From an uncultured Candidatus Binatia bacterium (GTDB lineage: Bacteria; Desulfobacterota; Binatia; Bin18), in the NCBI GenBank assembly GCA_965214605.1, contig OZ243961.1:448001-512000 (forward strand): a DNA stretch of 64,000 nucleotides, given 5' to 3'. Positions 10,303 through 19,756 of the stretch are shown piece after piece. A program made the translations under genes and the position numbers. Under the pieces are notes generated by a model that searched no databases, was not told where the DNA came from, and was given only the letters and a program-made list of their open reading frames with translations. Each line of letters starts with the position of its first letter. Within the stretch, counting starts at the first letter, position 1.

Positions 10303-11060
10303 CTCTTCCGCTTGTTTTTCTACGGCACGGCCGAAGTGTGTGGAATCAGCAACGCCGTTTTACAGGTTGGGCCGACGTTGCGCTCAGCCCCACCGGCTAC
10401 ACGGAAGCCGAAACCGCGGGCAAACTTCTCAAACAGGCCGGCTACCGCTTTGACGTGTGCTTCACCTCGGTGCTCCAGCGCGCCCAGAAAACCTTAGACA
10501 TTGTCCTCCACACCCTAGGGCAGCCTCAGCTGCCGGTTCATACGAGTTGGCGCTTAAACGAACGTCATTACGGCGCACTAGAAGGTCTTAGCCGCATTGA
10601 TGCGGCCGAACAGTATAGTCCCCGCCAGGTAACGATCTGGCAGCAGTATTTTGACATCTGTCCACCGCCTCTTGACCCCAAGGACCTCCGTTTCCCCGGC
10701 CATCATCCACGTTACCGTCAACTCGCTCCCGCCGACTTGCCCTGCACCGAGAGCCTCAAAAACGTTCGATCCCGTGTGCTGCCGTACTGGCATGACGCTA
10801 TTATCCCGCATCTAGAGGCCGGCCAAAGAGTCCTGATCGTTGCGCACGGCAACAGCCTGCGAGCACTTATCACCTATCTCGACGGTGTTCCAGAGGCCAC
10901 TATTCCGAAAATGAAAAGACCCCTGACCGGAGAGCCGCTCATTTACGAATTTGACTCCAACGGCAACCCCCTCCGCCACTTTTATCTTAGACGCTCGCCC
11001 AAACTGCAACGTTGGGCTCAATCGACTTTTGGCCCTGTACTGCCCAAACCCTCAGACTAG
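10299..11060 (+). CDS. gpmA: 2,3-bisphosphoglycerate-dependent phosphoglycerate mutase
   Basis: LRHGRSVWN...FTGWADV, WRLNERHYGAL, VAHGNSLRAL; ATGA overlap with the upstream gene. Confidence 0.92.
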   Translation: MTLPLVFLRHGRSVWNQQRRFTGWADVALSPTGYTEAETAGKLLKQAGYRFDVCFTSVLQRAQKTLDIVLHTLGQPQLPVHTSWRLNERHYGALEGLSRIDAAEQYSPRQVTIWQQYFDICPPPLDPKDLRFPGHHPRYRQLAPADLPCTESLKNVRSRVLPYWHDAIIPHLEAGQRVLIVAHGNSLRALITYLDGVPEATIPKMKRPLTGEPLIYEFDSNGNPLRHFYLRRSPKLQRWAQSTFGPVLPKPSD

Positions 11061-11068
11061 GCTGTGCC

Positions 11069-11776
11069 ATGTCGTATCTTGATTTTGGTCGGCTTTACGC
11101 CCTTGACCCACACGCGTTTCAGGTTCAGACCCCCTATCCGTGGATCAATCCGGAGGGCCTGATCACGCCTGACGGCTATCAGCGCTTAGTGGACAGTCTG
11201 CCCGAGGTGTCGCAATTCACCCCGCTGTTTGGGGTCAGACGCGCCCACGGGCAGCCAAGTCATGACCGTTATGGGTTAGAGTACAGCCCGAGTCTTCGAC
11301 TCGCACCAGCCTGGCAGGAATTTATCGACGAGTTAGCCGGCAGTGCCTATCAGCGCTTTGTCTGTCGCATGTTTGGCGTGCGGTCCGTCGATCTGCGCTT
11401 TCATTGGCACTACACGCCCCGGGGCTGTTCGGTCTCTCCCCATTGTGATGCCAAACACAAACTCGGCTCGCATATTTTTTATTTCAATGCGAATTGGAAC
11501 CCGGCCTGGGGAGGAGAAACCCTCATTCTGGACGACGGCCAACGTTTTGATCGCAGGTCAGCCCCACAGTTTGAGGATTTTGATCGGCTCATCGCCTCCC
11601 AAGCCTTGGGCAATCGCAGCCTGTTGTTTCAGCGTAAAAAAAACTCGTGGCACGGCGTGCGACCACTGGAGTGTCCAGAAGGTCAGCTGCGGAAAGTCTT
11701 TATTGTCGTCATTGACCGCTCTTCAGCCTTTGACCGTATACGGCGGCTGTTTGGCAGAGAATCGAAAGGCTATTGA
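11069..11776 (+). CDS. 2OG-Fe(II) oxygenase
   Basis: H-x-D (PHCD), WGGETL, distal SWHGV, RKVF. Confidence 0.85.
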   Translation: MSYLDFGRLYALDPHAFQVQTPYPWINPEGLITPDGYQRLVDSLPEVSQFTPLFGVRRAHGQPSHDRYGLEYSPSLRLAPAWQEFIDELAGSAYQRFVCRMFGVRSVDLRFHWHYTPRGCSVSPHCDAKHKLGSHIFYFNANWNPAWGGETLILDDGQRFDRRSAPQFEDFDRLIASQALGNRSLLFQRKKNSWHGVRPLECPEGQLRKVFIVVIDRSSAFDRIRRLFGRESKGY

Positions 11777-12045
11777 CCCCAAGCAAATCGTCCAAACTTT
11801 TTTTGGAAAGTGGTCCACAATCAGCTGAGCAAACGCCCGGATTTGGCCCCGCTTCATCCGGCCCCCTTACCACAACGCCTTTTCACCATCACCAGGACAA
11901 CTAGTCAGGGGCGGCGGACTAAAGAGTCCGACTTGAGCAATCGCCATCCAATCAAAGAGATCTTTAGGGGACCCCGGCAAGGAGCCTGCCAACAGACCAC
12001 CCCCAATAGAGCACCCCTGGCAGTGACATAGACCCGTGCATTGCG

Positions 12046-12864
12046 CTAGCCCGTACGAAAGCGCTCAAAAGCACCCGGGTCTATCCGCTTCCACTTCTTT
12101 TCAAAAAAATACGCCTTGGTCCAGGCGGAGACATAACACAGTTCAACAAAGGGCAGATAGGGCCGGAAGTCGGGGACTCCGTCCCGCAATAAGCGCCGGA
12201 AAAAGTGGTCTTGAAACGGACCTAACCAGCGCGCTAGGGCGTTGGCCACTCCGGTTCCAATGAGCTGATCTTGACGTAAACTCTCGGCGTCTATACCGCA
12301 CACCAGTCCCTCTTTGTCGGTCACGATAAAATTCTTGAGAACCGCATCCGTATAGTCAAACCCTACCCAGACTCGGCCTGGGGTCAGTTTCTGTGCAGCA
12401 GCCCTGAGCTCACGGTAGGCGACATCGGACACAATCCTTACCCGGTTGAGGAAGTGCAGGTCGCGCTGAAGTCGGTACACAAACGGCGTGTCTTTCGCGT
12501 CCACAGCTCGGGGGGAATGGCTGTAGGTCGCGGCGTAGAAGTCGGCTATTCTTTCGACTGTGGGCGTGTCGAGCTGGATGATCGGACTGCCCTCAACATA
12601 GTCCAGCCACAGTTCGTGTTCATACCGGATGGCAACGAGCGGAAAATGAGGACTGCCGGAGAACGCCTCAAGATTGTGTTCGAGTTCGGCCGCTAGCGCG
12701 GTATCGCGCAGAATGAGCCGTTTGAAACGTTGCCCGTTCAACGTTTGAAAAGAAGTCCGCTGCGAATTCTGGAGACGGTTGCCAAATAGGCGTGATGCCA
12801 GATAGCGTAGCCGCCGCACGAGGCGAAAGCTTGCCGTTTCAGGTGGAAAGCACCGTGACAACAT
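12046..12864 (-). CDS. Protein-kinase/APH-like fold protein
   Basis: LWLDYVEG hinge-like segment, YTDAVLKNF catalytic-loop-like motif, IDAE Mg-binding-like motif; start uncertain. Confidence 0.6.
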   Translation of the reverse strand: MLSRCFPPETASFRLVRRLRYLASRLFGNRLQNSQRTSFQTLNGQRFKRLILRDTALAAELEHNLEAFSGSPHFPLVAIRYEHELWLDYVEGSPIIQLDTPTVERIADFYAATYSHSPRAVDAKDTPFVYRLQRDLHFLNRVRIVSDVAYRELRAAAQKLTPGRVWVGFDYTDAVLKNFIVTDKEGLVCGIDAESLRQDQLIGTGVANALARWLGPFQDHFFRRLLRDGVPDFRPYLPFVELCYVSAWTKAYFFEKKWKRIDPGAFERFRTG

Positions 12865-12873
12865 GAGGGGAGT

Positions 12874-14112
12874 ATAGGTACGTCAGCAGCCAACCATACA
12901 GCACGCCCCGCTCGCCACACACGCGGCCAGCATATCGGCCTGTTTGTCCGCTCGTTTGGCGGTGGTGGCGGCGCAGAACGGGTCGTGCTCAACCTGGCCA
13001 CGGCCCTGGCCGATCAGGGCCATCGAGTTGATCTGGTGATGGGTCGCAAGGAGGGCCATTTCCTGAATGAGATTCCCGATAAGGTCAATGTCATTAACCT
13101 GCAGGTTCGTTCAGCCCACCAACTGCTGCCCGTGGTGCTGAAAATGCCGCGTCTCGTTGGGACTCTAGCAGCAAGCCTGCTGCGTCCCACAGCGCCCTGG
13201 ATTCTGGGGGCTGTGCCTAACCTGGCGGCCTATTTAAACCACCAGCGGCCGGCAGCTCTGTTATCGGCTCTCAGCTATCCTAACGTTGCTGCCGTTTTGG
13301 CCCGGCGTCTGAGCCACGCATCAACCCGTATAGTGATTAGTGTCCATAATCACCTATCCACAGCCACGGCCCAGACCGGCAAAGCTGCCGACAAAAACTT
13401 TCCCCAACTTGCCCGCTGTTTGTATCCTGAGGCAGACCGTATTGTTGCCGTGTCGGACGGCGTAGCCGATGATCTAGCTCAAACAATAGGACTGCCACGT
13501 ACCCGTATCACTACAATTTATAACCCGGTTTTCCGTCCGGATATTCTGACTCTGGCCCAGGCTCCGCTTGAGCATAACTGGTTTACGCCAGGCGCTCCTC
13601 CGGTTATCCTTAGTATTGGCAAGCTCAAGCCCCAGAAGGATTTTGGATGTCTGATCCGGGCTTTTGCTCGCGTTCGAGCGGTCCGACCGGCCCGATTGCT
13701 CATTCTAGGCGAGGGGGTTCAGCGTGATGCTCTGCTATCCCTCGCCAGCCAACTCGGGATCGCCCACCATATCGCCCTGCCCGGCTTTGTGGCCAATCCC
13801 TTCGCCTATCTTGGCCGAGCCGCCCTCTTTGTCCTGTCTTCAGCCTGGGAGGGTCTGTCGAATGTTATTATTGAGGCTTTGGCGTGTGGCTGTCCAGTGG
13901 TCAGTACAGACTGTCCGAGCGGTCCAGCCGAACTCCTGCAGCAGGGCGTCTACGGCTCGTTGGTGCCAGTCGGGGATGATATGGCCTTAGCCCAAGCTAT
14001 CCTAGCAACGCTCGATAATCCCCCTCCTCCAGATCACTTACTCGGTCGGGCGCGCCAGTTCTCGATCGAACGCGCTGCTGAACACTACCTCCAGATTTTG
14101 CTCGGAGAGTAA
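12874..14112 (+). CDS. GT4 (GT-B) glycosyltransferase
   Basis: GGAERV N-terminal motif, KLKPQK, SSAWEGLSNVIIEALACG; conserved N-terminal strand lies upstream of the GTG at 12985, so start is uncertain (ATA 12874 proposed). Confidence 0.9.
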   Translation: MGTSAANHTARPARHTRGQHIGLFVRSFGGGGGAERVVLNLATALADQGHRVDLVMGRKEGHFLNEIPDKVNVINLQVRSAHQLLPVVLKMPRLVGTLAASLLRPTAPWILGAVPNLAAYLNHQRPAALLSALSYPNVAAVLARRLSHASTRIVISVHNHLSTATAQTGKAADKNFPQLARCLYPEADRIVAVSDGVADDLAQTIGLPRTRITTIYNPVFRPDILTLAQAPLEHNWFTPGAPPVILSIGKLKPQKDFGCLIRAFARVRAVRPARLLILGEGVQRDALLSLASQLGIAHHIALPGFVANPFAYLGRAALFVLSSAWEGLSNVIIEALACGCPVVSTDCPSGPAELLQQGVYGSLVPVGDDMALAQAILATLDNPPPPDHLLGRARQFSIERAAEHYLQILLGE

Positions 14113-14119
14113 AACCCGG

Positions 14120-14989
14120 CTAATCCTGCTCAAGGACTGAAAATTCTATTGCCCGGTCTACCTCGACTAGGTCTTGGACAAACGAGGAGCGGGCCTGAAT
14201 TAGGTCGTCCAGAGTATCGACCTCAGCCCACCACAGGCCGGCAATACAGCTGGTTTCAACCAGACCGGATTTGGCCATCGTGTCAATCACAGACAAATAC
14301 CAGCGTTGCAGAGCGGCCTTATGACGAATCGCTCGATCTAGAGCTCCCCGAAAGGCGTCTACTCCTGAGTCGCGAAAGACCATCAGCCCAATCGACTCAC
14401 CGTCGGTCTCTTCGACGGCCAAGGTCTTGCCGACCGCGAGCAGCTGCCGATCGCCGTTCAGGCTGACCTTCATATCGTCATCGTCGTACTTGGCCTTGCG
14501 GTCGATAGCCAAGGTCACCGGAGCGGACGGCGCGCGCATCAAACGCTCTAAGATTCGTGTTTCAAACAGCGTATCGCCGTTCAACAGTACAAAATCTTCG
14601 GTCATTTCCGACCTGGCCATCCAGCACGTGGCTAGGTTGTTCGAAGCGTCAAAAAATGGATTATACCGGGTCTGGACATCTAGCCCGTCGGGACGACGCA
14701 TGGCCAGCAGGGCCTCGACCTGGTCGGCTCCAAAGCCGACCATCAGGATGACCTGCTCCAGACCACACTTGGCCAACGCCTCAAGCTGGAGTTCCAGTAT
14801 TGTGCGCTCGTCATCAATAGGGAGCAAACATTTTGGCACCCTCTCGGTCAGCGGCAGCAGCCGCCGAGCCTGACCAGCGCTGAGTATAATCGCTTTCCGT
14901 GGCGGCCAGATACACAGGTCGGCCGCCCTCCCCTTCCTACCCTCTCCATTACACATAGGTCGTTCGCTTCGATCACGACCCAACCTCAT
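14120..14989 (-). CDS. Phosphocholine-cytidylyltransferase-like (LicC-type) NTP transferase
   Basis: AIILSAGQARRL..LT...PKCLL, LLNGD, DDMKV, GESIG, WAEVDT..DL; start uncertain. Confidence 0.88.
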   Translation of the reverse strand: MRLGRDRSERPMCNGEGRKGRAADLCIWPPRKAIILSAGQARRLLPLTERVPKCLLPIDDERTILELQLEALAKCGLEQVILMVGFGADQVEALLAMRRPDGLDVQTRYNPFFDASNNLATCWMARSEMTEDFVLLNGDTLFETRILERLMRAPSAPVTLAIDRKAKYDDDDMKVSLNGDRQLLAVGKTLAVEETDGESIGLMVFRDSGVDAFRGALDRAIRHKAALQRWYLSVIDTMAKSGLVETSCIAGLWWAEVDTLDDLIQARSSFVQDLVEVDRAIEFSVLEQD

Positions 14990-15036
14990 GGGTTGGGTCG
15001 TGTGGGGCTATTTTCCAACCCGTCCTCCCGATATAG

Positions 15037-17436
15037 GTGAAACTGGTGGGCAAATCAAGCCGCATAGCCTGGAGAAAGATACCGAAATGGTATTTTTCAT
15101 GGACTGTGGGTCAGACGCTGCACTGGTATATTGTGCGGGAGCTAGTGCGCCCCACCCAGCTCGCCTTTAGCGGTTTGACCGTCCTGCTGTTAACCGCTGA
15201 GCTGTTTGGGTTTTCTGATTTAGTTATCAACCTCGGCTTTGGACTTGGGGCGATTGTTCGGCTGCTGAGCTTTAAGCTGATCACTTTGGCCTCGACAACC
15301 CTGCCTTTTGCCTGCCTCGTCGGTATTCTGGTCGGACTCAGCCGTCTAAAAACCGATCTGGAAATCCTGGCCCTGCACGCCTCGGGCGTGTCTCGACGCC
15401 AGTGTGTAGGTCCGGTGCTGACTTTTTGTGCGGCCGCCACAGCCCTTGGCCTGATCCTCACCCTCAGCGCCTCACCCTGGGCCAAACGCGGTCTGAACAG
15501 CCTGCAACTAGGTATCGCGCGGGCCCATCCAGCCCACCTGCTGCGGGCCGGGGAGGCGCGGACCTTTGGGAACACCCGTATTCTGGCCCGTGAAGTCTCA
15601 AGCAGCGGCGATCAGCTGAGCGGCGTGCTGCTGTGGACCCCACATGATTCAGGCACGGGTTTCCTGGACGGACAGACGATTTTTGCGCGGCGCGGCCAAG
15701 TGCAGTCCAACGGTAACGGTAAGGCGCGATTGACTCTGTACAAGGGCTTGAGTCTGTCTCCGGTTCGCGGCACCGGCAACAATACCTATTTTGACACTCT
15801 GTGGACGTCACTACACGATACTCCGCCGTCCTCCGCTGCAGCTGACGATGAGCCACTCGTAGCACACCTGGCGTTCCAGGATTTGCTGCTCCGCGGTTGG
15901 CCGCTGGACAGGGAGCCCGGAGATGACCACTTTGTGCGGCTGGCTCAGACCGAGTTTCACCGTCGCTTAGCCATGCCTGTCGCCAGCCTCGTGTTCGGGC
16001 TGCTTGCCACGCCTCTCGTCCTGCTTGGTCGGACCTTTTCTCGGGCAGCCAGTGGTCTGTCCGGACTGTTGATTACTGTTGTGTACTACGGCTTGCTCCA
16101 GCTCGGTAACGGGCTGATCCAAACTGGCCTGGTCTCTCCCGGTGGGGGGGTCTGGCTGCCCAATATATTGGTCGGTGGGATTGCCCTCGTCCTATCGTCA
16201 GTCCAGAACGGCTGGCCGCGCTTGAGGAGCCGCATCGGCCGCTCTCCCACCCCCTCGTTCCAATCCGCGCTTGGTGACCTCAAAAGCCATATCCTCCAGC
16301 GCTACGCAGTCCGTTCATACGGATCGCTACTGCTGTTATCGTTCGGCTTTCTGTTCACCGGATATTTTTTAGTTGACGTGTTGGAACGCCTCCAGTGGTT
16401 TGCCCGCCACCAGGCCGAGTTTGGCGAGATCGTCCGTTTCTACTGTGCCCGCTCTCCGCTCCTAGCCTCGCGTATGGTTCCCATGTCACTGCTGTTAGCC
16501 ACCGCTCTGACCGTAGGGGTGCTGTCGGTCAACCGAGAGTTGATCGGGATGCGGGCCTGCGGCGTATCCGTGGTCCACGTCCTAAGCCCAATCCTGCTCA
16601 TGGCCTGCCTGATAGCTCCGGCCTATCTGTTTCTGAACGAAGCTCTCGTCCCCCGGACCAACGCCTGGGCTGACTGGCTCAAAATCACCGAGATCAAGTC
16701 TCCAGCGAACCAAACCCGCCTCCAACCGCTGGCTATGTGGCATCAGAACGGCAAGCTGTACCACGCCCACCAACTTGATACGGTCAAAAGAGAAGCCCAC
16801 GATATCTCAATTTATGAACTTGACGACAACGGCTTACCGACCAGTCGCACCGATGCCCGAACAGCCCGTCACATTGGTGATGGGATATGGGCCCTGACCG
16901 ATCCCATCCGGCTGGCCATTGGGGACGGCTCATTTGCACTGCTCCCCGCCTCCACTCACATCCACCTTGGGACTGATCCCCAAACCCAGGTTGACAGCAT
17001 GCACCTCAATGTCCGGCAATTGATCCGGACCATTCGCAGCACCGAAGCCAGCGGCTACGATGCCACCGTCTACCGGGTGGCCTGGCACATGAAGCTCGCC
17101 GCCCCGCTGACGTGTGTGTTCCTGCCCGCGATCGCGTTCTTCTTCGCCCTCAGCGGTCCACCGTTTCCCGGCCCAGCCCTGACCATCTTGGTCAGCTGCG
17201 GCCTAGGTATCGGTTCACTCCTGTTAAGCGACGTGTTTGCCTCACTCGGCTACGGTGCGTATATTCCACCTAGTCTTGCTGGTTGGGGACCGTCTGTAGT
17301 CCTATTCCTGCTGGCCGCCACCTTAGGCGTCCGCAGCCAATCGTTCGAAATCCGACCTCCCGGGCCTGGGGGTTGGGCGCACGCTGCACGTCGGATATCT
17401 CGACTTGGAGTGCCTCGGCGTTTCGTCCGATACTAA
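15037..17436 (+). CDS. Fused LptF-LptG permease (two YjgP/YjgQ units)
   Basis: First half: RLKTDLEILALHASGVS and EFHRRLAMP. Second half: RELIGMRACGVS and WHMKLAAP. True start may be slightly downstream. Confidence 0.88.
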   Translation: MKLVGKSSRIAWRKIPKWYFSWTVGQTLHWYIVRELVRPTQLAFSGLTVLLLTAELFGFSDLVINLGFGLGAIVRLLSFKLITLASTTLPFACLVGILVGLSRLKTDLEILALHASGVSRRQCVGPVLTFCAAATALGLILTLSASPWAKRGLNSLQLGIARAHPAHLLRAGEARTFGNTRILAREVSSSGDQLSGVLLWTPHDSGTGFLDGQTIFARRGQVQSNGNGKARLTLYKGLSLSPVRGTGNNTYFDTLWTSLHDTPPSSAAADDEPLVAHLAFQDLLLRGWPLDREPGDDHFVRLAQTEFHRRLAMPVASLVFGLLATPLVLLGRTFSRAASGLSGLLITVVYYGLLQLGNGLIQTGLVSPGGGVWLPNILVGGIALVLSSVQNGWPRLRSRIGRSPTPSFQSALGDLKSHILQRYAVRSYGSLLLLSFGFLFTGYFLVDVLERLQWFARHQAEFGEIVRFYCARSPLLASRMVPMSLLLATALTVGVLSVNRELIGMRACGVSVVHVLSPILLMACLIAPAYLFLNEALVPRTNAWADWLKITEIKSPANQTRLQPLAMWHQNGKLYHAHQLDTVKREAHDISIYELDDNGLPTSRTDARTARHIGDGIWALTDPIRLAIGDGSFALLPASTHIHLGTDPQTQVDSMHLNVRQLIRTIRSTEASGYDATVYRVAWHMKLAAPLTCVFLPAIAFFFALSGPPFPGPALTILVSCGLGIGSLLLSDVFASLGYGAYIPPSLAGWGPSVVLFLLAATLGVRSQSFEIRPPGPGGWAHAARRISRLGVPRRFVRY

Positions 17437-17724
17437 AGGAGGGGTTATGGTCGAGGACCGTCTGCCGAGCCTTGGACGGTGGCTGGCGGGCTGGGTAAAC
17501 GCTAGCCCCCATCCACCATCCTCCCTAGACCAAGGCGCTCGAAAAGTTGCCGTTACCTACAACCCCACGGCCTGGAAGCGCTGTTTGAGACTTGGTTGGC
17601 CCGGACACGCGAAGTCGCCCTTGTCATCAATCGACAAAAAGCCGTGGGACAAGTCCCGCGCCGGCCCCCAATTGAAAATGCGCGTACGACATGGCAAAGT
17701 CGGCCCCTAGGGAGGTATGGGGAC

Positions 17725-18357
17725 ATGCGCATGATTCTTGTGGGTCCACCTGGAGCAGGCAAAGGGACCCAAGCGGCATTCTTAGTCGATACATTTCAGA
17801 TTACACATATTTCCAGCGGCGATATGCTGCGGGCCGCTGTTGCTGAAGGGACCCAGCTCGGCAAACAGGCCGACGCGTATATGAAAGCGGGCCAGCTCGT
17901 TCCAGATGATCTGGTGATAGCCCTGATCATCGAACGTATTGCCAAGCCGGACTGCGCCAGGGGTTTTATGCTCGACGGCTTTCCGCGCACCCGGCCCCAG
18001 GCTCAAGCGCTGGATGTCAACCTCAAGAACGCCGACGTCAGCCTAGACGTGGTTTTGCTGATCGAGGTTCCAGATGAACTGATCGTGGAACGGATTACTG
18101 GCCGCCGCTCAGATCCAGAGACAGGTGAAATCTATCATCTGACATTCCGTCCACCGCCGCCGGACATTGCCGATCGGGTTATGCAGCGTAAGGACGACAC
18201 GGCCGAAGCGTGTACCGCCCGGCTTGAAAAATACCACTCAGAGACCGCCCCGATTATCCCCTTCTATGAGGCACAGGGCCTTGTCAAACGTGTTGACGGG
18301 AATGCCGCCCCCGAAGAGGTCACCCGGCGTATCACCGCCGCCCTAGACGCCGTCTAG
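17725..18357 (+). CDS. adk: Adenylate kinase
   Basis: GPPGAGKGTQA, HISSGDMLR, LDGFPRT, LID region ending QRKDD. Confidence 0.97.
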   Translation: MRMILVGPPGAGKGTQAAFLVDTFQITHISSGDMLRAAVAEGTQLGKQADAYMKAGQLVPDDLVIALIIERIAKPDCARGFMLDGFPRTRPQAQALDVNLKNADVSLDVVLLIEVPDELIVERITGRRSDPETGEIYHLTFRPPPPDIADRVMQRKDDTAEACTARLEKYHSETAPIIPFYEAQGLVKRVDGNAAPEEVTRRITAALDAV

Positions 18358-18386
18358 GGCCAAGCCGTCCGTACCTGACCCGCCTC

Positions 18387-18710
18387 TCAGCCCTTGGCGG
18401 CCCGATGACCTGGGTAGGCCACATTTTTATCATACACAAATCGATACTGCTGCGGCTTCGTGTGGGCAATCTTTTCGAGGACCATCCGGCCAGTCCGCTC
18501 CTCGAAGGTCTGGACCCAGCCAAGGAGGGTGCCTGGGTTGAGATATAGTCCTTTGAGGTCGACGAGGTGTTCAATATGCCTAGCCAGAGCGAACGCCGTT
18601 AGCGGCCGATCCGCCGTTTGGCGGTAGGCGTTGGCCACATATTCGACAAGCCGCTCTTCAATGCTCTGTAAGGCCGCACCAAACCCGAGACCAATATCAA
18701 TAGCCGGCAT
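18387..18710 (-). CDS. Hypothetical protein (~107 aa)
   Basis: Fills the gap between adk and the sigma gene; AAGGTG RBS; protein-like composition. Confidence 0.55.
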   Translation of the reverse strand: MPAIDIGLGFGAALQSIEERLVEYVANAYRQTADRPLTAFALARHIEHLVDLKGLYLNPGTLLGWVQTFEERTGRMVLEKIAHTKPQQYRFVYDKNVAYPGHRAAKG

Positions 18711-18793
18711 ATCACACCTTCCCAAAGCGGACCTGGATCCGTTCGACAAGTCCCCCGCTTGAATAGACGCTGTCCACAGTGTAAGCCAAAAAA

Positions 18794-19756
18794 ATGGGCA
18801 AAAAACAAGACCACAGGTCGCCGGATACGGCCCGGGAACCTGTCTCCCCGGCTATCCTTGAGCCTACCCCATCGGAGAAGTCTGGAGACCTTATCCTCTA
18901 CGATCCGCTCCAGCGCTATTTTGCGGCCATTGGGCGCTATCCCCTCCTGGGGCCAGAAGAAGAACACGACCTGGCCGTTGAGTACAAGGAGTACGGCGAC
19001 CTGCGGGCCGCCTACCGTCTGGTCACAGGCAACCTGCGGCTAGTAGTAAAGCTAGCCCGGGAGTACCAGCGCGCCAACGAACAGCTGCTAGAGCTTATTC
19101 AAGAGGGCAATACGGGCCTTATGGAAGCGGTCCAGAAGTTTGATCCATACCGTGGGGTGCGCTTCCCGTCCTATGCGGTCTGGTGGATTCGGGCCTATAT
19201 GTTACGTTTCCTGCTCCAGAACTTTCGCCTCGTCAAAATCGCCACCACCCGAGCCCAGCGCAAACTCTTCTACAACCTTCGTCGTGAAAAGGAACGGCTG
19301 GAAGCCCAGGGCTTTGTCCCCAGTCCCAAACTGATCGCCCACCGCCTGGAGGTTTCAGAGAACGATGTCGTCGAGATGGAGCAACGCCTAGCGGCGCCCG
19401 ACACCTCACTTAGCCTCCCCCTCAATGATACAGAATCGGGCGCCTCGCTAGGTGATATGGTCGCGGACCCATCGGCCTCACCCGAACAGCTGGTGGAAAC
19501 CGCCCATGACCAACGGCTCATACAAGACCACATCGCCGATTTTGCCGAGCAGCTGTCGGGTCGTGACAAAGTCATTTTTGAGCAACGGCTGATTGCCGAT
19601 GAACCGCGGACCCTTCAGGATATTGCCAACCAGTACAAACTGAGCCGCGAGCGTGTGCGGCAGATTGAGGGGCAAATCAAAAAGAAGCTCAAAGCCTACT
19701 TGCTCGACGCGTTCGAAGACGCTGAGGCCCTAGCGATCAGCTTCGACGACAGGTGA
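18794..19756 (+). CDS. rpoH: RNA polymerase sigma factor, RpoH/sigma-32 family
   Basis: Region 2 NLRLVVK/LIQEGN/YAVWWIRA, RpoH box QRKLFYNLR, region 4 SRERVRQIE. Confidence 0.88.
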   Translation: MGKKQDHRSPDTAREPVSPAILEPTPSEKSGDLILYDPLQRYFAAIGRYPLLGPEEEHDLAVEYKEYGDLRAAYRLVTGNLRLVVKLAREYQRANEQLLELIQEGNTGLMEAVQKFDPYRGVRFPSYAVWWIRAYMLRFLLQNFRLVKIATTRAQRKLFYNLRREKERLEAQGFVPSPKLIAHRLEVSENDVVEMEQRLAAPDTSLSLPLNDTESGASLGDMVADPSASPEQLVETAHDQRLIQDHIADFAEQLSGRDKVIFEQRLIADEPRTLQDIANQYKLSRERVRQIEGQIKKKLKAYLLDAFEDAEALAISFDDR

